Of a DNA stretch of 64,000 nt, positions 1-9,315 are shown piece by piece. Under the pieces are notes generated by a model. It searched no databases and was not told the origin of the DNA. It saw only the letters and a program-made list of their open reading frames with translations. A program made the translations under genes and the position numbers. The stretch is from Candidatus Aminicenantales bacterium. Lineage in GTDB: Bacteria; Acidobacteriota; Aminicenantia; Aminicenantales; Saccharicenantaceae. Each line of letters begins with the position of its first letter. Position 1 is the stretch's first letter. The stretch is from NCBI GenBank assembly GCA_049512315.1, contig JBEKXF010000010.1, positions 62,001-126,000 of the forward strand, in the 5' to 3' direction.

Positions 1-309
1 CGTGGCCTGGGCGACGATGAAGATGACGAACCCCATGATGAGGAGGCTCAGGGCGATCAGGGCGACCGCCTTGGCGTTCGAGACCTTCCGGGCGAGCCCC
101 TGGGGGGCGAGGGCGTCGAAGGCCCATTTCCCCACGAAGATGATCATGATCGTGATCCCGAGGGCGAGTCTGTAGCCGTATTCTTCTCCGTGGGCGTAGC
201 TCGAACGGGTGATGTGGAAGAAGGGCGAGACGAGCCAGATGGCGAACAGGAGCATGATAACCGTCAGGGTGGTGCCGACGATCTTCTGGCTCTGGGTCTG
301 GGTATTCAT
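1..309 (-). CDS. Integral membrane protein, unknown function (3' end runs off the window)
   Basis: Manual translation from ATG 309: MNTQTQSQKIVGTTLTVIMLLFAIWLVSPFF...; three hydrophobic segments, open to the window edge; absent from the ORF track because it has no stop. Confidence 0.7.
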   Translation of the reverse strand, partial: MNTQTQSQKIVGTTLTVIMLLFAIWLVSPFFHITRSSYAHGEEYGYRLALGITIMIIFVGKWAFDALAPQGLARKVSNAKAVALIALSLLIMGFVIFIVAQAT

Positions 310-402
310 CCCGGCTCATTTTACTCCATCGTCCATGAAATAAATAGGTCCGGGACCGCCACAATTACCCATCCGACCCCATGGATCCCCATGAAAAACG
401 CC

Positions 403-431
403 TTGCGGTTTTTACGGCACCCGACTATAAC
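403..431 (+). promoter_or_regulatory. Putative sigma70-type promoter of the 497-4817 operon
   Basis: TTGCGG-N17-TATAAC about 65 nt upstream of ATG 497. Confidence 0.5.
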
Positions 432-496
432 TTGAGGCATGGCGCGCGCCGCTAGGGACAGGGGGGAACGGCTTTAATTTAGCCTGTGAGGTGTTC

Positions 497-1930
497 ATGA
501 AAAAAGCTGCACGGACGCAGAGAATCTTGTTCGTTTCCGCCCTGCTGGTTCTTTTCGCGGCGTCGCTCGCCGCCGACGAAACGACCGACAAGGTCGACAA
601 ACTCTTCGCCACGTGGGACAAGACGACGTCGCCCGGGGCGACCCTGGCGGTCATCAGCGACGGCCGGATCATCTACAAGCGGGGCTACGGGATGGCCAAG
701 CTCGAGGACGGGATCGTCATGACCCCGGACAAGATCTTCGATATCGGCTCGGTCTCCAAGCAGTTCACAGCAACGTGTGTTGTAATGCTAGTGCGCGATG
801 GGAAGATCTCGCTTGACGACAACGTCCGGAAATTCATCCCCGAGCTCCCCGACTATGGAACGCCGATCACCGTCCGCCATCTCCTCCACCACACGAGCGG
901 CTTCCGCGACTACAACGCTCTGCTCGAGCTGGCCGGGTTCCGGGACGATTCCGACTGCCCGACCGTCGAGGAGGCCCTGGACGCCATCTGCCGCCAGAAA
1001 AAGCTCAATTATCCCCCCGGCCAGGAATATTCCTACACGAACACTGGCTACTTCCTGCTGAGCCAGATCGTCGAGCGGGTGAGCGGGAAATCGCTCAACG
1101 CCTTCGCCCAAGAGCGCATTTTCAAGCCCCTCGGCATGGAGCATACCCTCTACCAGGACAACCACACCCAGGTCATTAAGGACCGGGCGACCGGTTACGA
1201 TCCCGACGACCAGGGCTTCAAGATCGACATGAGCAATTGGGACGAGACGGGCGATGGGAACGTCTACACGTCGGTCGAGGACCTCTATCTCTGGGACCAG
1301 GCCTTCTACAACAACAAGCTGGGCAAGGGTGTCATGGACATGCTCCACACGACGGGCACGCTCAATAACGGGAAGCCGATCGATTACGCCTTCGGCCTAG
1401 TCGTGACAGAATACAAGGGCCTCAAGGTCGTCGAGCACGGCGGCGCCTGGGCGGGGTTCCGGGCGGGGATCGTCCGCTTCCCCGATGAAAAATTCTCGGT
1501 CATCTGCCTGGCCAATCTGGGCACGGTGGACCCGTCGGGGCTGTGCTTCAAGGTGGCCGACATCTATCTCGCCGGAAAGCTCAAGGAGCCGGAGAAGAAG
1601 GAAGAGAAAAAAGCCGAGGCCGCCGCCGTCCCGGAAAAGGACCTGGCACGGCTCCGCCCTCTCACGCCCGCCATGCTCAACGATTACGCAGGCACATACG
1701 TCAGCCCCGAACTCCTCGACGCGCGCTACCAGATCAGGGTCGACAAGGACAAGCTCGTCCTGAAGACGAGGACGATCCCGCGAGCCGAAATGAAAGCCAT
1801 GGCGCCGGATAAGTTCATCGAGCCCGAAAGCGGGGCCAACATCGAGTTCGTCCGCGGCAAGGGCGGGAAAGTCACGGGCTTCAAGCTCGCCGTCGGCCGG
1901 GCCGCCGGCATCGAATTCGTCAAGAGATAA
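497..1930 (+). CDS. Secreted serine hydrolase, beta-lactamase class C / peptidase S12 family
   Basis: Signal peptide; SxxK (GSVSKQF), LLHHTSG, YxN (YSYTN), HGG; GAGGTG RBS before ATG 497. Confidence 0.9.
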   Translation: MKKAARTQRILFVSALLVLFAASLAADETTDKVDKLFATWDKTTSPGATLAVISDGRIIYKRGYGMAKLEDGIVMTPDKIFDIGSVSKQFTATCVVMLVRDGKISLDDNVRKFIPELPDYGTPITVRHLLHHTSGFRDYNALLELAGFRDDSDCPTVEEALDAICRQKKLNYPPGQEYSYTNTGYFLLSQIVERVSGKSLNAFAQERIFKPLGMEHTLYQDNHTQVIKDRATGYDPDDQGFKIDMSNWDETGDGNVYTSVEDLYLWDQAFYNNKLGKGVMDMLHTTGTLNNGKPIDYAFGLVVTEYKGLKVVEHGGAWAGFRAGIVRFPDEKFSVICLANLGTVDPSGLCFKVADIYLAGKLKEPEKKEEKKAEAAAVPEKDLARLRPLTPAMLNDYAGTYVSPELLDARYQIRVDKDKLVLKTRTIPRAEMKAMAPDKFIEPESGANIEFVRGKGGKVTGFKLAVGRAAGIEFVKR

Positions 1931-1940
1931 AGAAGGGGCC

Positions 1941-3134
1941 ATGGCAAAAATAACAATGCTCGGGACGGGGCTCATCGGCATGTTTTACACCCGGACGCTC
2001 CACGGCCTGAGGGGCCGCGACCGGGTCGTCAACGTCTATTCGCGGAGCCCGGAGCGGGCCAAGGAATTCGCCGGAGCGCACGGCATCCCGCGCTGGAGCT
2101 CGGACCTCAAGGAGGCCATCCTCGATTCCGACTCGGACGTCGTCGTCGTGGGCGTCCCGAATAACATCCACCGGGAGGCCGTCCTGCTCGCGGCCCAGGC
2201 CGGCAAGGCCGTTCTCTGTACGAAACCCCTCGGCCGGAACGCCCGGGAGGCCCTCGACATGCTCGAGGCCGTGGAGAAGGCCGGCGTCTTCGCCGGCTAC
2301 CTCGAGGACCTCGTTTACACGCCGAAAACGCTCAAGGCCCTCGAATCCGTCCGGAACGGGGCCCTGGGCCGGGTCCTCTGGGCCAGGTCGCGCGAAACCC
2401 ACCCCGGGCCTCACAGCGCCTGGTTCTGGGACCCGGAGCAGTCGGGCGGCGGGGCGATCATCGACATGGGCTGTCACTGCATCGAGATCGCCCGGAGCTT
2501 CATCGGCAAGAACATTCGCCCGGTCGAGGCCTTCTGCTGGGGCGCGACCCAGGTCCACCCCATCGAGGCCGAGGACCAGGCTATCGGCCTCGTCAAGTAC
2601 GCCAACGGCGCTATCGGCCAGTTCGAGGTCAGCTGGACCTTCCGGGGAGGGATGGATTTGCGCGACGAGGTCGCCGGCACCGAAGGGACGGTTTGGCTCG
2701 ATCATTTTTTGCGGACGGGATTCGAGATGTTCACGGCAGCGGGCGAAGGCGGCTACGTCGCTGAAAAGGCCGAAGGCCAGAAGGGCTGGCTCTTCCCGGT
2801 CGGCGACGAGGCCCATGAACTGGGCTACGTCCACATGTTCGCCGACATGCTCGGCGCGCTCGAGGGCCGCCGGATTCCCATGGAGACCTTTTATGACGGC
2901 TACATCGTTAACGCCATCATCGACACTTGCTACCGCTCGATGAAGTCGGGGCGGTGGGAGCCGATCAAGCTCGAGGTCTGGCGGGGGAAGGAAGACGCGT
3001 GGAGCAGCGGCTCGCCGGCCGAGGGCGGCGAGCGTTTTGCCCTGATCAAGAAGGAAAAAATGCCCGACGGCCGGACCAAACTTATCCTCAAGGAGAGAGA
3101 AACCGGCCGGGTCATCCAGAAGATCGAGGAATAA
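1941..3134 (+). CDS. Gfo/Idh/MocA family oxidoreductase
   Basis: GTGLIG Rossmann motif, CTKP (EKP variant), [11 protein letters not shown]. Confidence 0.9.
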   Translation: MAKITMLGTGLIGMFYTRTLHGLRGRDRVVNVYSRSPERAKEFAGAHGIPRWSSDLKEAILDSDSDVVVVGVPNNIHREAVLLAAQAGKAVLCTKPLGRNAREALDMLEAVEKAGVFAGYLEDLVYTPKTLKALESVRNGALGRVLWARSRETHPGPHSAWFWDPEQSGGGAIIDMGCHCIEIARSFIGKNIRPVEAFCWGATQVHPIEAEDQAIGLVKYANGAIGQFEVSWTFRGGMDLRDEVAGTEGTVWLDHFLRTGFEMFTAAGEGGYVAEKAEGQKGWLFPVGDEAHELGYVHMFADMLGALEGRRIPMETFYDGYIVNAIIDTCYRSMKSGRWEPIKLEVWRGKEDAWSSGSPAEGGERFALIKKEKMPDGRTKLILKERETGRVIQKIEE

Positions 3135-3144
3135 AGAGGCGCGG

Positions 3145-4077
3145 ATGACGGCTGCGATCACGGTGAACGATTTACGCAAGACCTACGGCCCTCTCACGGC
3201 CGTGGACGGAGTCGGTTTCGAGGTCGGCCCCGGCGAGATCTTCGGCATGGTCGGGCCCAACGGCGCGGGCAAGACGACGACGATCGAATGCCTCGAGGGG
3301 ATGCGGTCGCCGGACGCGGGAGATATCCGGATCCTGGGCCTCGACCCTCGCCGCGACGGCTACGAGCTCCGGGAGCGAATCGGCGTCCAGCTCCAGCAGA
3401 GCTCGCTCCCCGACGACATCAAGGTCTGGGAGGCCCTCGACCTCTTCGCCTCCTACTATCGGAAGCCGGCGCCCTGGGAGCCGCTCCTCGACGAGCTCGG
3501 GATCGCGGATAAGCGCGAGGCCCGTTTCTCCAAGCTCTCGGGCGGACAGAAGCAGCGCCTCTTCATCGCCCTGGCCCTGGTCAACGACCCCGAGGTCGTT
3601 TTCCTCGACGAGCTCACGACCGGGCTCGACCCCCACGCCCGGCGGGCCATGTGGAAACTCGTCCGGGCCATCCGGGACCGCGGCAAGACCGTCTTCCTGA
3701 CGACCCATTACATGGAGGAGGCCGAACACCTCTGCAACCGGGTTCTGATCATCGACCGCGGCCGCATTGTGGCCCTGGACACTCCTGAGAAGCTCGTCGC
3801 CAACCTGAAGGCGGAAACCCGGATCGTCTTCACGGCCGCGGAGCCGGACTACGACCCCGCGCCACTCCGGGCCGTCGCAGGCGTCACCCGCGTCGACGTA
3901 GCCGGCGACAAGGTCACCGTCACGGGGCGGGGCGACCGCCTCGTTATCCTGGTCGTCAACGCCCTGGACGCTCAGCAGGCCCGGTTCCGCGACCTCCGCA
4001 CGGAACAGCCGAGCCTCGACGATGTCTTCATGGCCATGACCGGGGACGAAATGAAACCCGACGGAGGCGCGAAATGA
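3145..4077 (+). CDS. ABC-2 type exporter ATP-binding subunit
   Basis: Walker A GPNGAGKTT, LSGGQ signature, FLDELTTGLD, TTH switch. Confidence 0.95.
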   Translation: MTAAITVNDLRKTYGPLTAVDGVGFEVGPGEIFGMVGPNGAGKTTTIECLEGMRSPDAGDIRILGLDPRRDGYELRERIGVQLQQSSLPDDIKVWEALDLFASYYRKPAPWEPLLDELGIADKREARFSKLSGGQKQRLFIALALVNDPEVVFLDELTTGLDPHARRAMWKLVRAIRDRGKTVFLTTHYMEEAEHLCNRVLIIDRGRIVALDTPEKLVANLKAETRIVFTAAEPDYDPAPLRAVAGVTRVDVAGDKVTVTGRGDRLVILVVNALDAQQARFRDLRTEQPSLDDVFMAMTGDEMKPDGGAK

Positions 4078-4817
4078 AAGGCCTCGTGAAGCTCATCTGG
4101 GTCGAATTCAAGCTCTACATGCGCCAGCCTCAAGCCGCGTTCTTCACCCTGGCCTTTCCCCTGCTCCTTCTGTTCATGTTCGGGAGCATCTACGGCAACA
4201 AGCCGACGCCATTTTTCGGCGGGCGCGGCATGGTCGACGTCAGCACCCCGGCCTACATCGCCATCATCATGGGCTCGACGGGGCTGATGTCCATCTCGAT
4301 CGTTGTCAGCACCTATCGCGAGAAGGGCGTTCTGAGGCGGTTCCGGGCGACTCCGCTGCGGCCGGCGGCCATTCTTGGCTCCCAAGTGGCGGTCAATTAC
4401 GTCATGACCCTCGCCGGCACCCTGATCCTCGTCGCCGGGGCCAAGCTCGTCTATCACATGCGGTTCAACGGTGCAGTCGGGGCGGTTTTCCTGGGCTTCA
4501 CCCTGAGCACGCTGAGCTTTTTAGCCGTCGGCTTCCTCATCGCCAGCGTGGCCCGGACGTCGCGCGTGGCCTCGATCCTGGGGATGCTCTTCTACTTCCC
4601 GAATATCTTTCTATCCGGGGCGACGGTGCCGAAGGAGATCTTCCCGGGGGCCATGCGGTCGTTCAGCAAGGTCCTGCCGATGACTCACGTCGTCAACCTC
4701 CTCCAGGGGCTCTGGATCGGCAACCCTTGGGGAAAGCACATCACGGAGCTGGTGGTGCTGGCGGGATTCCTGGTGGTAGGGGTGGTTGTTTCGGCGAAGG
4801 CGTTTCGGTGGGAATGA
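4074..4817 (+). CDS. ABC-2 type exporter permease
   Basis: About 6 TM helices, REKGVLRRFRATP motif; ATGA overlap with the ATPase gene. Confidence 0.9.
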   Translation: MKGLVKLIWVEFKLYMRQPQAAFFTLAFPLLLLFMFGSIYGNKPTPFFGGRGMVDVSTPAYIAIIMGSTGLMSISIVVSTYREKGVLRRFRATPLRPAAILGSQVAVNYVMTLAGTLILVAGAKLVYHMRFNGAVGAVFLGFTLSTLSFLAVGFLIASVARTSRVASILGMLFYFPNIFLSGATVPKEIFPGAMRSFSKVLPMTHVVNLLQGLWIGNPWGKHITELVVLAGFLVVGVVVSAKAFRWE

Positions 4818-4920
4818 TGAGGCCTGAATTTAAGAAGTTACTATGAGATCCCGATAACTCCCGCGTTTCGCAAGCCGGCTCCCGGGAATGACGGTGAGCA
4901 AGTTTCGCGCGGGCTCGGCG

Positions 4921-5844
4921 TCAGCGCCCTGGCGCGATAGCGATCATCCCCCGGAGCGTCTTGAATCCCTTGAGATAATCCTCGGATTGGAAGGCCACGG
5001 TCCGGGCGTTGACCCGCTGGACGTTCGGGAAGTACATGGCCATGTCCGCCTGGGCCGAGATATAGAACTGGAGCTCGAACTTACAGGGCGCCGCGATCTT
5101 GAAGGGCTTGACCTGGCCCAGCTTGCGGAGGGCGTCGGTCACCCGGTCGCGGATGCCGCGGCGGGCCTCGGCGAAGGGGACAAGGCGGGCGGCCGTGCGG
5201 CCGATGCCGTCCTTTACGGGCGCGGTGATGACCTCGCTGCCGAGGATGGCCTTCGCCTGGCGGCAGACGGCGACATCTCCGCTGACGAAGACGACGGGTA
5301 CGTTGTAGGCCCCGGCGATGGCCGCGTTGAGGCCTAGCTCAGGCAGCTCCGTCCCGTTAACCTTGATGCTCTGGACGACGCTCGAGGAGATCGTGTGGTC
5401 GAGGACCGCGTCCAGTGTCCCGGCGGCGGCGTGATAGCCGATGAAGAGGACGGCGTTGTAGGATTCGTCGATCCCCTGCATCATCGAGAGCGGCTTGGGA
5501 TACCCGGAGATGAGGATGGCCTTGGGGTGGAGGTCGCCGGGGTCGATGTTGCGCTGGCTGCCGTGGGAATCGTTGACGACGACCTCGGTCGCGCCGGCGC
5601 GGAAGGCGCCTTCGACGGCGGCGTTGACGTCGTCGGCCATCCATTTCTTCGCCGCGACGTATTCGGGCGTGCCGGGGGTCGTCTGTTCGACGGAGACGAC
5701 GCCGGTGATGCCTTCCATGTCGACGGAGATGTAGACCTTAAGCTTCTGGGTCTGCTGCTGGGCGGGGAGATGGACCGAAAGAAGGGGGAAGATAAGCGCG
5801 GCGACGGCCACGAGAATGATTAAGCCGAATAGTGTTTTTTTCAT
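4921..5844 (-). CDS. dppA: Peptidase M55 (DppA-like D-aminopeptidase) with N-terminal signal/anchor
   Basis: YISVDMEG, NDSHG, FIGYHA, LDHT motifs. Confidence 0.88.
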   Translation of the reverse strand: MKKTLFGLIILVAVAALIFPLLSVHLPAQQQTQKLKVYISVDMEGITGVVSVEQTTPGTPEYVAAKKWMADDVNAAVEGAFRAGATEVVVNDSHGSQRNIDPGDLHPKAILISGYPKPLSMMQGIDESYNAVLFIGYHAAAGTLDAVLDHTISSSVVQSIKVNGTELPELGLNAAIAGAYNVPVVFVSGDVAVCRQAKAILGSEVITAPVKDGIGRTAARLVPFAEARRGIRDRVTDALRKLGQVKPFKIAAPCKFELQFYISAQADMAMYFPNVQRVNARTVAFQSEDYLKGFKTLRGMIAIAPGR

Positions 5845-5881
5845 CGTACCTCCTCAGGAAATGGAAAAGTCCCTATTTATT

Positions 5882-5908
5882 GTCATTGCGAGCGCAGCGA
5901 AGCAATCT
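5882..5908. repeat. REP-like palindromic element
   Basis: GTCATTGCGAGCGCAGCGAAGCAATCT; ATTGC/GCAAT arms; resembles the widespread GTCATTGCGAG...GCAATC intergenic repeat; single copy here. Confidence 0.45.
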
Positions 5909-6597
5909 CATCCTTTGTGCTCGTCCTGTTCATACTCAATCGCTAGTTCCGCATCGTAGGGCATCCGCCGGGCGGGGCAGGCATCTCGCTCGCAGAGCTG
6001 GCAGGACGAAAAGCCCTCCTCTGAGGGAAAGAAAATGCCCGAGATCGACTTCCGGGGGACCATGAGCATGCTGTCCGTTAGATGCACTCCGATGAGGCGC
6101 TCGGTGTCGCCGAAAATGGAGAAGAGCTTGGGCTGCTCGGTGATCGGCCAATCCTCGAGCGAACCTGGGTCCATGCTGGCAAGATTAGAGAAACCGAAGC
6201 GCGCTTTGAGGCGCTCGGCCAGCCACGCGGCGCCGTTCTCGAGGGCGATATTGGCCATCTCCTCGAGATAGTACTGTTTGAGGAGGTCGCCAGCGGAAAA
6301 CGCAGCGGCTTCGAGCTCGGGCCCGGCTGTCATGATGAACGGGAAGGCTTTCTGGGCCTGGTCGAGGTTCCGGCGGAGGATCCGGCTATGGAAGGTCACG
6401 CCGGCGACTTCGACCGTCTCCTCGCCTTTCGTCCCGGTGTAAGAGATCTCGTAGACTGCACGGAGGTGGATAAGGGAATGGGCTTGGCCCAGGAGCTCGT
6501 CGAGGTTTATGGCCCCCACCCGGGCCGGGTTGTGACGGAGCCGCTTGGCCACGGCCTCGGGGTCGAGGGCAACTGCGATCCGGTCGATGACTTCCAT
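5908..6597 (-). CDS. Stand-alone B12-dependent methionine synthase activation-domain-like protein
   Basis: PGSLEDWPITEQ, IGVHLTDSMLMVPRKSISG, C-terminal CQLC..CPAR cluster. Confidence 0.8.
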   Translation of the reverse strand: MEVIDRIAVALDPEAVAKRLRHNPARVGAINLDELLGQAHSLIHLRAVYEISYTGTKGEETVEVAGVTFHSRILRRNLDQAQKAFPFIMTAGPELEAAAFSAGDLLKQYYLEEMANIALENGAAWLAERLKARFGFSNLASMDPGSLEDWPITEQPKLFSIFGDTERLIGVHLTDSMLMVPRKSISGIFFPSEEGFSSCQLCERDACPARRMPYDAELAIEYEQDEHKG

Positions 6598-6862
6598 GGC
6601 GTCCCTCTATGATTACCCCAAAAGGGAGGGATTAATCAACCCTGCGTACGCGGAAAAATGGTGTTGCATCGGCGCCCGTCCTCTGGAAAGACGCACCCAA
6701 AAACGCTCGATCTCGGGTTCCGGTCGGGAACCCGACAGGTTCAGGAAGGAAATGGGAATCGACCCGTGGAAAGCAGAACGCGAACTTGGCCAGGGAAGTT
6801 AAGATGATGCCGGCCAGCCCCTGCATCAAAGCCTGTGAATCCCGGCTCGGGTCGATATGCGC

Positions 6863-6891
6863 TTGACTCTGGAAGAACGAATTTGCATAAT
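6863..6891 (+). promoter_or_regulatory. Putative sigma70 promoter of cassette A (LbH-ACP-ligase-NadE)
   Basis: TTGACT-N17-CATAAT. Confidence 0.65.
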
Positions 6892-6907
6892 AATGCTCAG
6901 CATTATT
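6889..6907. promoter_or_regulatory. Perfect 9-1-9 palindromic operator, Fur-box-like
   Basis: AATAATGCT-C-AGCATTATT; 14/19 identical to GATAATGATAATCATTATC; overlaps the -10 element and expected start site. Confidence 0.55.
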
Positions 6908-6945
6908 TAAGGTTGCGTGTAGAATTCTCAGAAAGGAACCTGGAT

Positions 6946-7464
6946 TTGTCTTTCATCTCCGGTTGGCGGCAACGGCTCCTCCGGCGGATGGCCTATGGTA
7001 TGCCGGGAGGTTATACGTTACGGCCCATGCTCCACAAATGGAGAGGTGTGAGGATCGGCAAGAGAGTCTGGATCGGCCAGTACGTCTATATCGACGAGAT
7101 TCACCCGGAAGCCGTCTCGATTGGGGATAATGTAACCATAGGACTCGGAACCTCCATCATCGCCCACCTATACTGGGGGAAAACCCGTGACAAAGATGGA
7201 GCAGGCCCGGTCACCATCAATTCCGACGTTTTTGTCGGTCCTCATTGCGTTATCCTTCCGGGCGTCTGTATCGGTGCCGGAGCGGTCATTCAAGCCGGCT
7301 CGGTCGTTTCCCGCGATGTCCCGCCGCACGTGCTTTTCGGCCATCCCCCGGCTCAACCCCTGGCAGAAGTCATGACTCCATTGATAGCGGACCATTCTTA
7401 TGTAGAATTTGCCCGCGGCTTGCGTCCCCTCAGGAAGAAAGGGGTTCCTCATGAGCGTCGATGA
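6946..7464 (+). CDS. Left-handed beta-helix (hexapeptide repeat) acyltransferase
   Basis: IGKRVWIG, IGDNVTIG, ILPGVCIGAGAVIQAGSVV repeats; TTG 6946 follows an AAGGA RBS and lies downstream of the promoter (the 6835 start would precede it). Confidence 0.85.
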   Translation: MSFISGWRQRLLRRMAYGMPGGYTLRPMLHKWRGVRIGKRVWIGQYVYIDEIHPEAVSIGDNVTIGLGTSIIAHLYWGKTRDKDGAGPVTINSDVFVGPHCVILPGVCIGAGAVIQAGSVVSRDVPPHVLFGHPPAQPLAEVMTPLIADHSYVEFARGLRPLRKKGVPHERR

Positions 7465-7699
7465 GATCAGGTCGTTTATTGTCGAAACGTTCCTTTTCGA
7501 GGACGATAAAGAGCTGTCCGAGACGACACCTCTTTTAGAAAAGCATATCGTCGATTCCACCGGAGTCTTGGAAATCGTCTCGTTCCTGGAGCAGCGCTTC
7601 GGGATCCGCGTCGAAGACGCTGAGCTGATACCCGAGAATTTGAACAGCATCAGGAATATCGCGAATTATATAGCGAAGAAAAGCGCGACTCTCGTTTGA
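7451..7699 (+). CDS. Acyl/aminoacyl carrier protein (DST-type)
   Basis: 82 aa, acidic, IVDSTGVLE phosphopantetheine motif, ELIPENL. Confidence 0.9.
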   Translation: MSVDEIRSFIVETFLFEDDKELSETTPLLEKHIVDSTGVLEIVSFLEQRFGIRVEDAELIPENLNSIRNIANYIAKKSATLV

Positions 7700-9288
7700 T
7701 GAAATTCGACCCCGTCCTCGTTCACGCCTGGCTCTCGCGAACGGCCCAACGGTTTCCCGACAAAACGGCATTAGTGTGCGACGGCAAGCGGTTATCTTAC
7801 ACTGAGATCGATCAAGCCTCCACCCGGCTGGCCCGGTCGATCGTCAACAAGGGCCTCGAGAAGGGTGACCGTGTGGTCGTTTTCATGGAAAATAGTGCGG
7901 AAGCAGTCATCGGGATCTATGGAATTCTCAAGGCGGGCGGGATCTTCGTTGTGGCGGAAGCGGCTTCGACGTCCTCCTCGTTGAAGCATGTCCTGCGCGA
8001 CTCGGGGGCCCGGTTCGTTATGACCCACATCGATAAAGCAAAGGTTGTCGAGAGCGTCCTGTCGGACAGAAGCGTCGATATCCGGGTGGTCTGGGCCGGG
8101 AAGCCCGACCCGGCCTCGGCTTTTTCTCCGGCGGGCCTCGAATGGGAGGTTTTGCTGAGGGAGCCCAATCTGGAGGTCGCCCTTCCGCGGGTCATCGATG
8201 TCGACCTGGCGGCCCTGATCTACACATCGGGCTCGACGGGCCGGCCGAAAGGAATCATGTGTACACACCATAACATGGTATCGGCCGCCAGGAGCATCCT
8301 CCAATACATCGGAAATGACGAGAACGACGTGATCCTCAATGTTTTGCCGCTGGCCTTCGACTACGGCCTCTATCAGGTCCTCATGGGCTTCATGTTCGGG
8401 GGAACGATCGTCCTCGAGCGCGAGATGGGATTCCTCGAGCCGATGATCCGGGCCATAGAGAAAGAACGCGTCACCGGGTTCCCGGTAGTCCCTTTGATAA
8501 GCGCCATTCTATTGAAAATGAAGAGGGTGCCGGTGGAACGGTTTTCGTCACTTCGCTACGTGACGAGCACCGGAGCCTTGTGGCCGGCTGCTCATATCCG
8601 TCAATTCCGAAAGCTCCTGCCGAACGTCACATTTTTCTCCATGTACGGTCTAACAGAATGCAAGCGTGTCGGGTTCCTCCCCCCCGAATTTATCGATTCG
8701 TATCCTGAGTCGGTAGGCCGCGCGATGCCGAATTGTGAAGCCCTGGTCATCGATGAAAAGGGAAATCCTGTCCGGCCGGGAGAAACGGGGGAGCTGGTCG
8801 TCCGCGGTTCGAACGTCATGCAGGGTTACTGGAACGACCGCGAGACGACGGAGCAGTTCTTCAGGGCGGGCCGATATCCGGCCGACCGGGTCCTCCACAC
8901 GGGCGATTGGTTTCGTCTGGGCGAGGAAGGGCTTCTGTATTTCGTGGGCCGCAGAGACGATTTGATAAAATCTTTCGGCCGGAGGGTGGGTCCGCGGGAG
9001 GTGGAGGATATCATCGTCTCGATGCCGGGAATCGCGGAGGCCGCGGTTGTCGGAGTGGCGGACGAGATCAATGGCCAAGTTCCTGGCGCATTCGTTGTCA
9101 CAAAAAAGGGGTCGGGCTTGGATGAATCCGGGATCAAGATCTTTTGTGGGAAACACCTCGAGCCCTACAAGGTCCCCCGGTATCTCTGGTTCGTCGATTC
9201 TCTCCCCAGGACGCCGAATGGGAAGGTCGATAAAAAGAGCCTGAAGGATCAGGCTTCCGCCAGCCTGGGGAAGAGGGGATCATCTTGA
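7699..9288 (+). CDS. ANL-superfamily AMP-dependent ligase (adenylation enzyme)
   Basis: YTSGSTGRPKG, YGLTE, HTGD, GRRDD, PRTPNGKVDK; TGATG coupling to the ACP gene. Confidence 0.92.
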   Translation: MKFDPVLVHAWLSRTAQRFPDKTALVCDGKRLSYTEIDQASTRLARSIVNKGLEKGDRVVVFMENSAEAVIGIYGILKAGGIFVVAEAASTSSSLKHVLRDSGARFVMTHIDKAKVVESVLSDRSVDIRVVWAGKPDPASAFSPAGLEWEVLLREPNLEVALPRVIDVDLAALIYTSGSTGRPKGIMCTHHNMVSAARSILQYIGNDENDVILNVLPLAFDYGLYQVLMGFMFGGTIVLEREMGFLEPMIRAIEKERVTGFPVVPLISAILLKMKRVPVERFSSLRYVTSTGALWPAAHIRQFRKLLPNVTFFSMYGLTECKRVGFLPPEFIDSYPESVGRAMPNCEALVIDEKGNPVRPGETGELVVRGSNVMQGYWNDRETTEQFFRAGRYPADRVLHTGDWFRLGEEGLLYFVGRRDDLIKSFGRRVGPREVEDIIVSMPGIAEAAVVGVADEINGQVPGAFVVTKKGSGLDESGIKIFCGKHLEPYKVPRYLWFVDSLPRTPNGKVDKKSLKDQASASLGKRGSS

Positions 9289-9315
9289 ATCAGGCACTCC
9301 TGTAGAGGAGGCGGC

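Noticed and set aside
1600..1700. Possible in-frame loss of one C-terminal domain in the serine hydrolase ([14 protein letters not shown])
   Set aside because: Domain number varies naturally in this family; cannot be supported without an alignment
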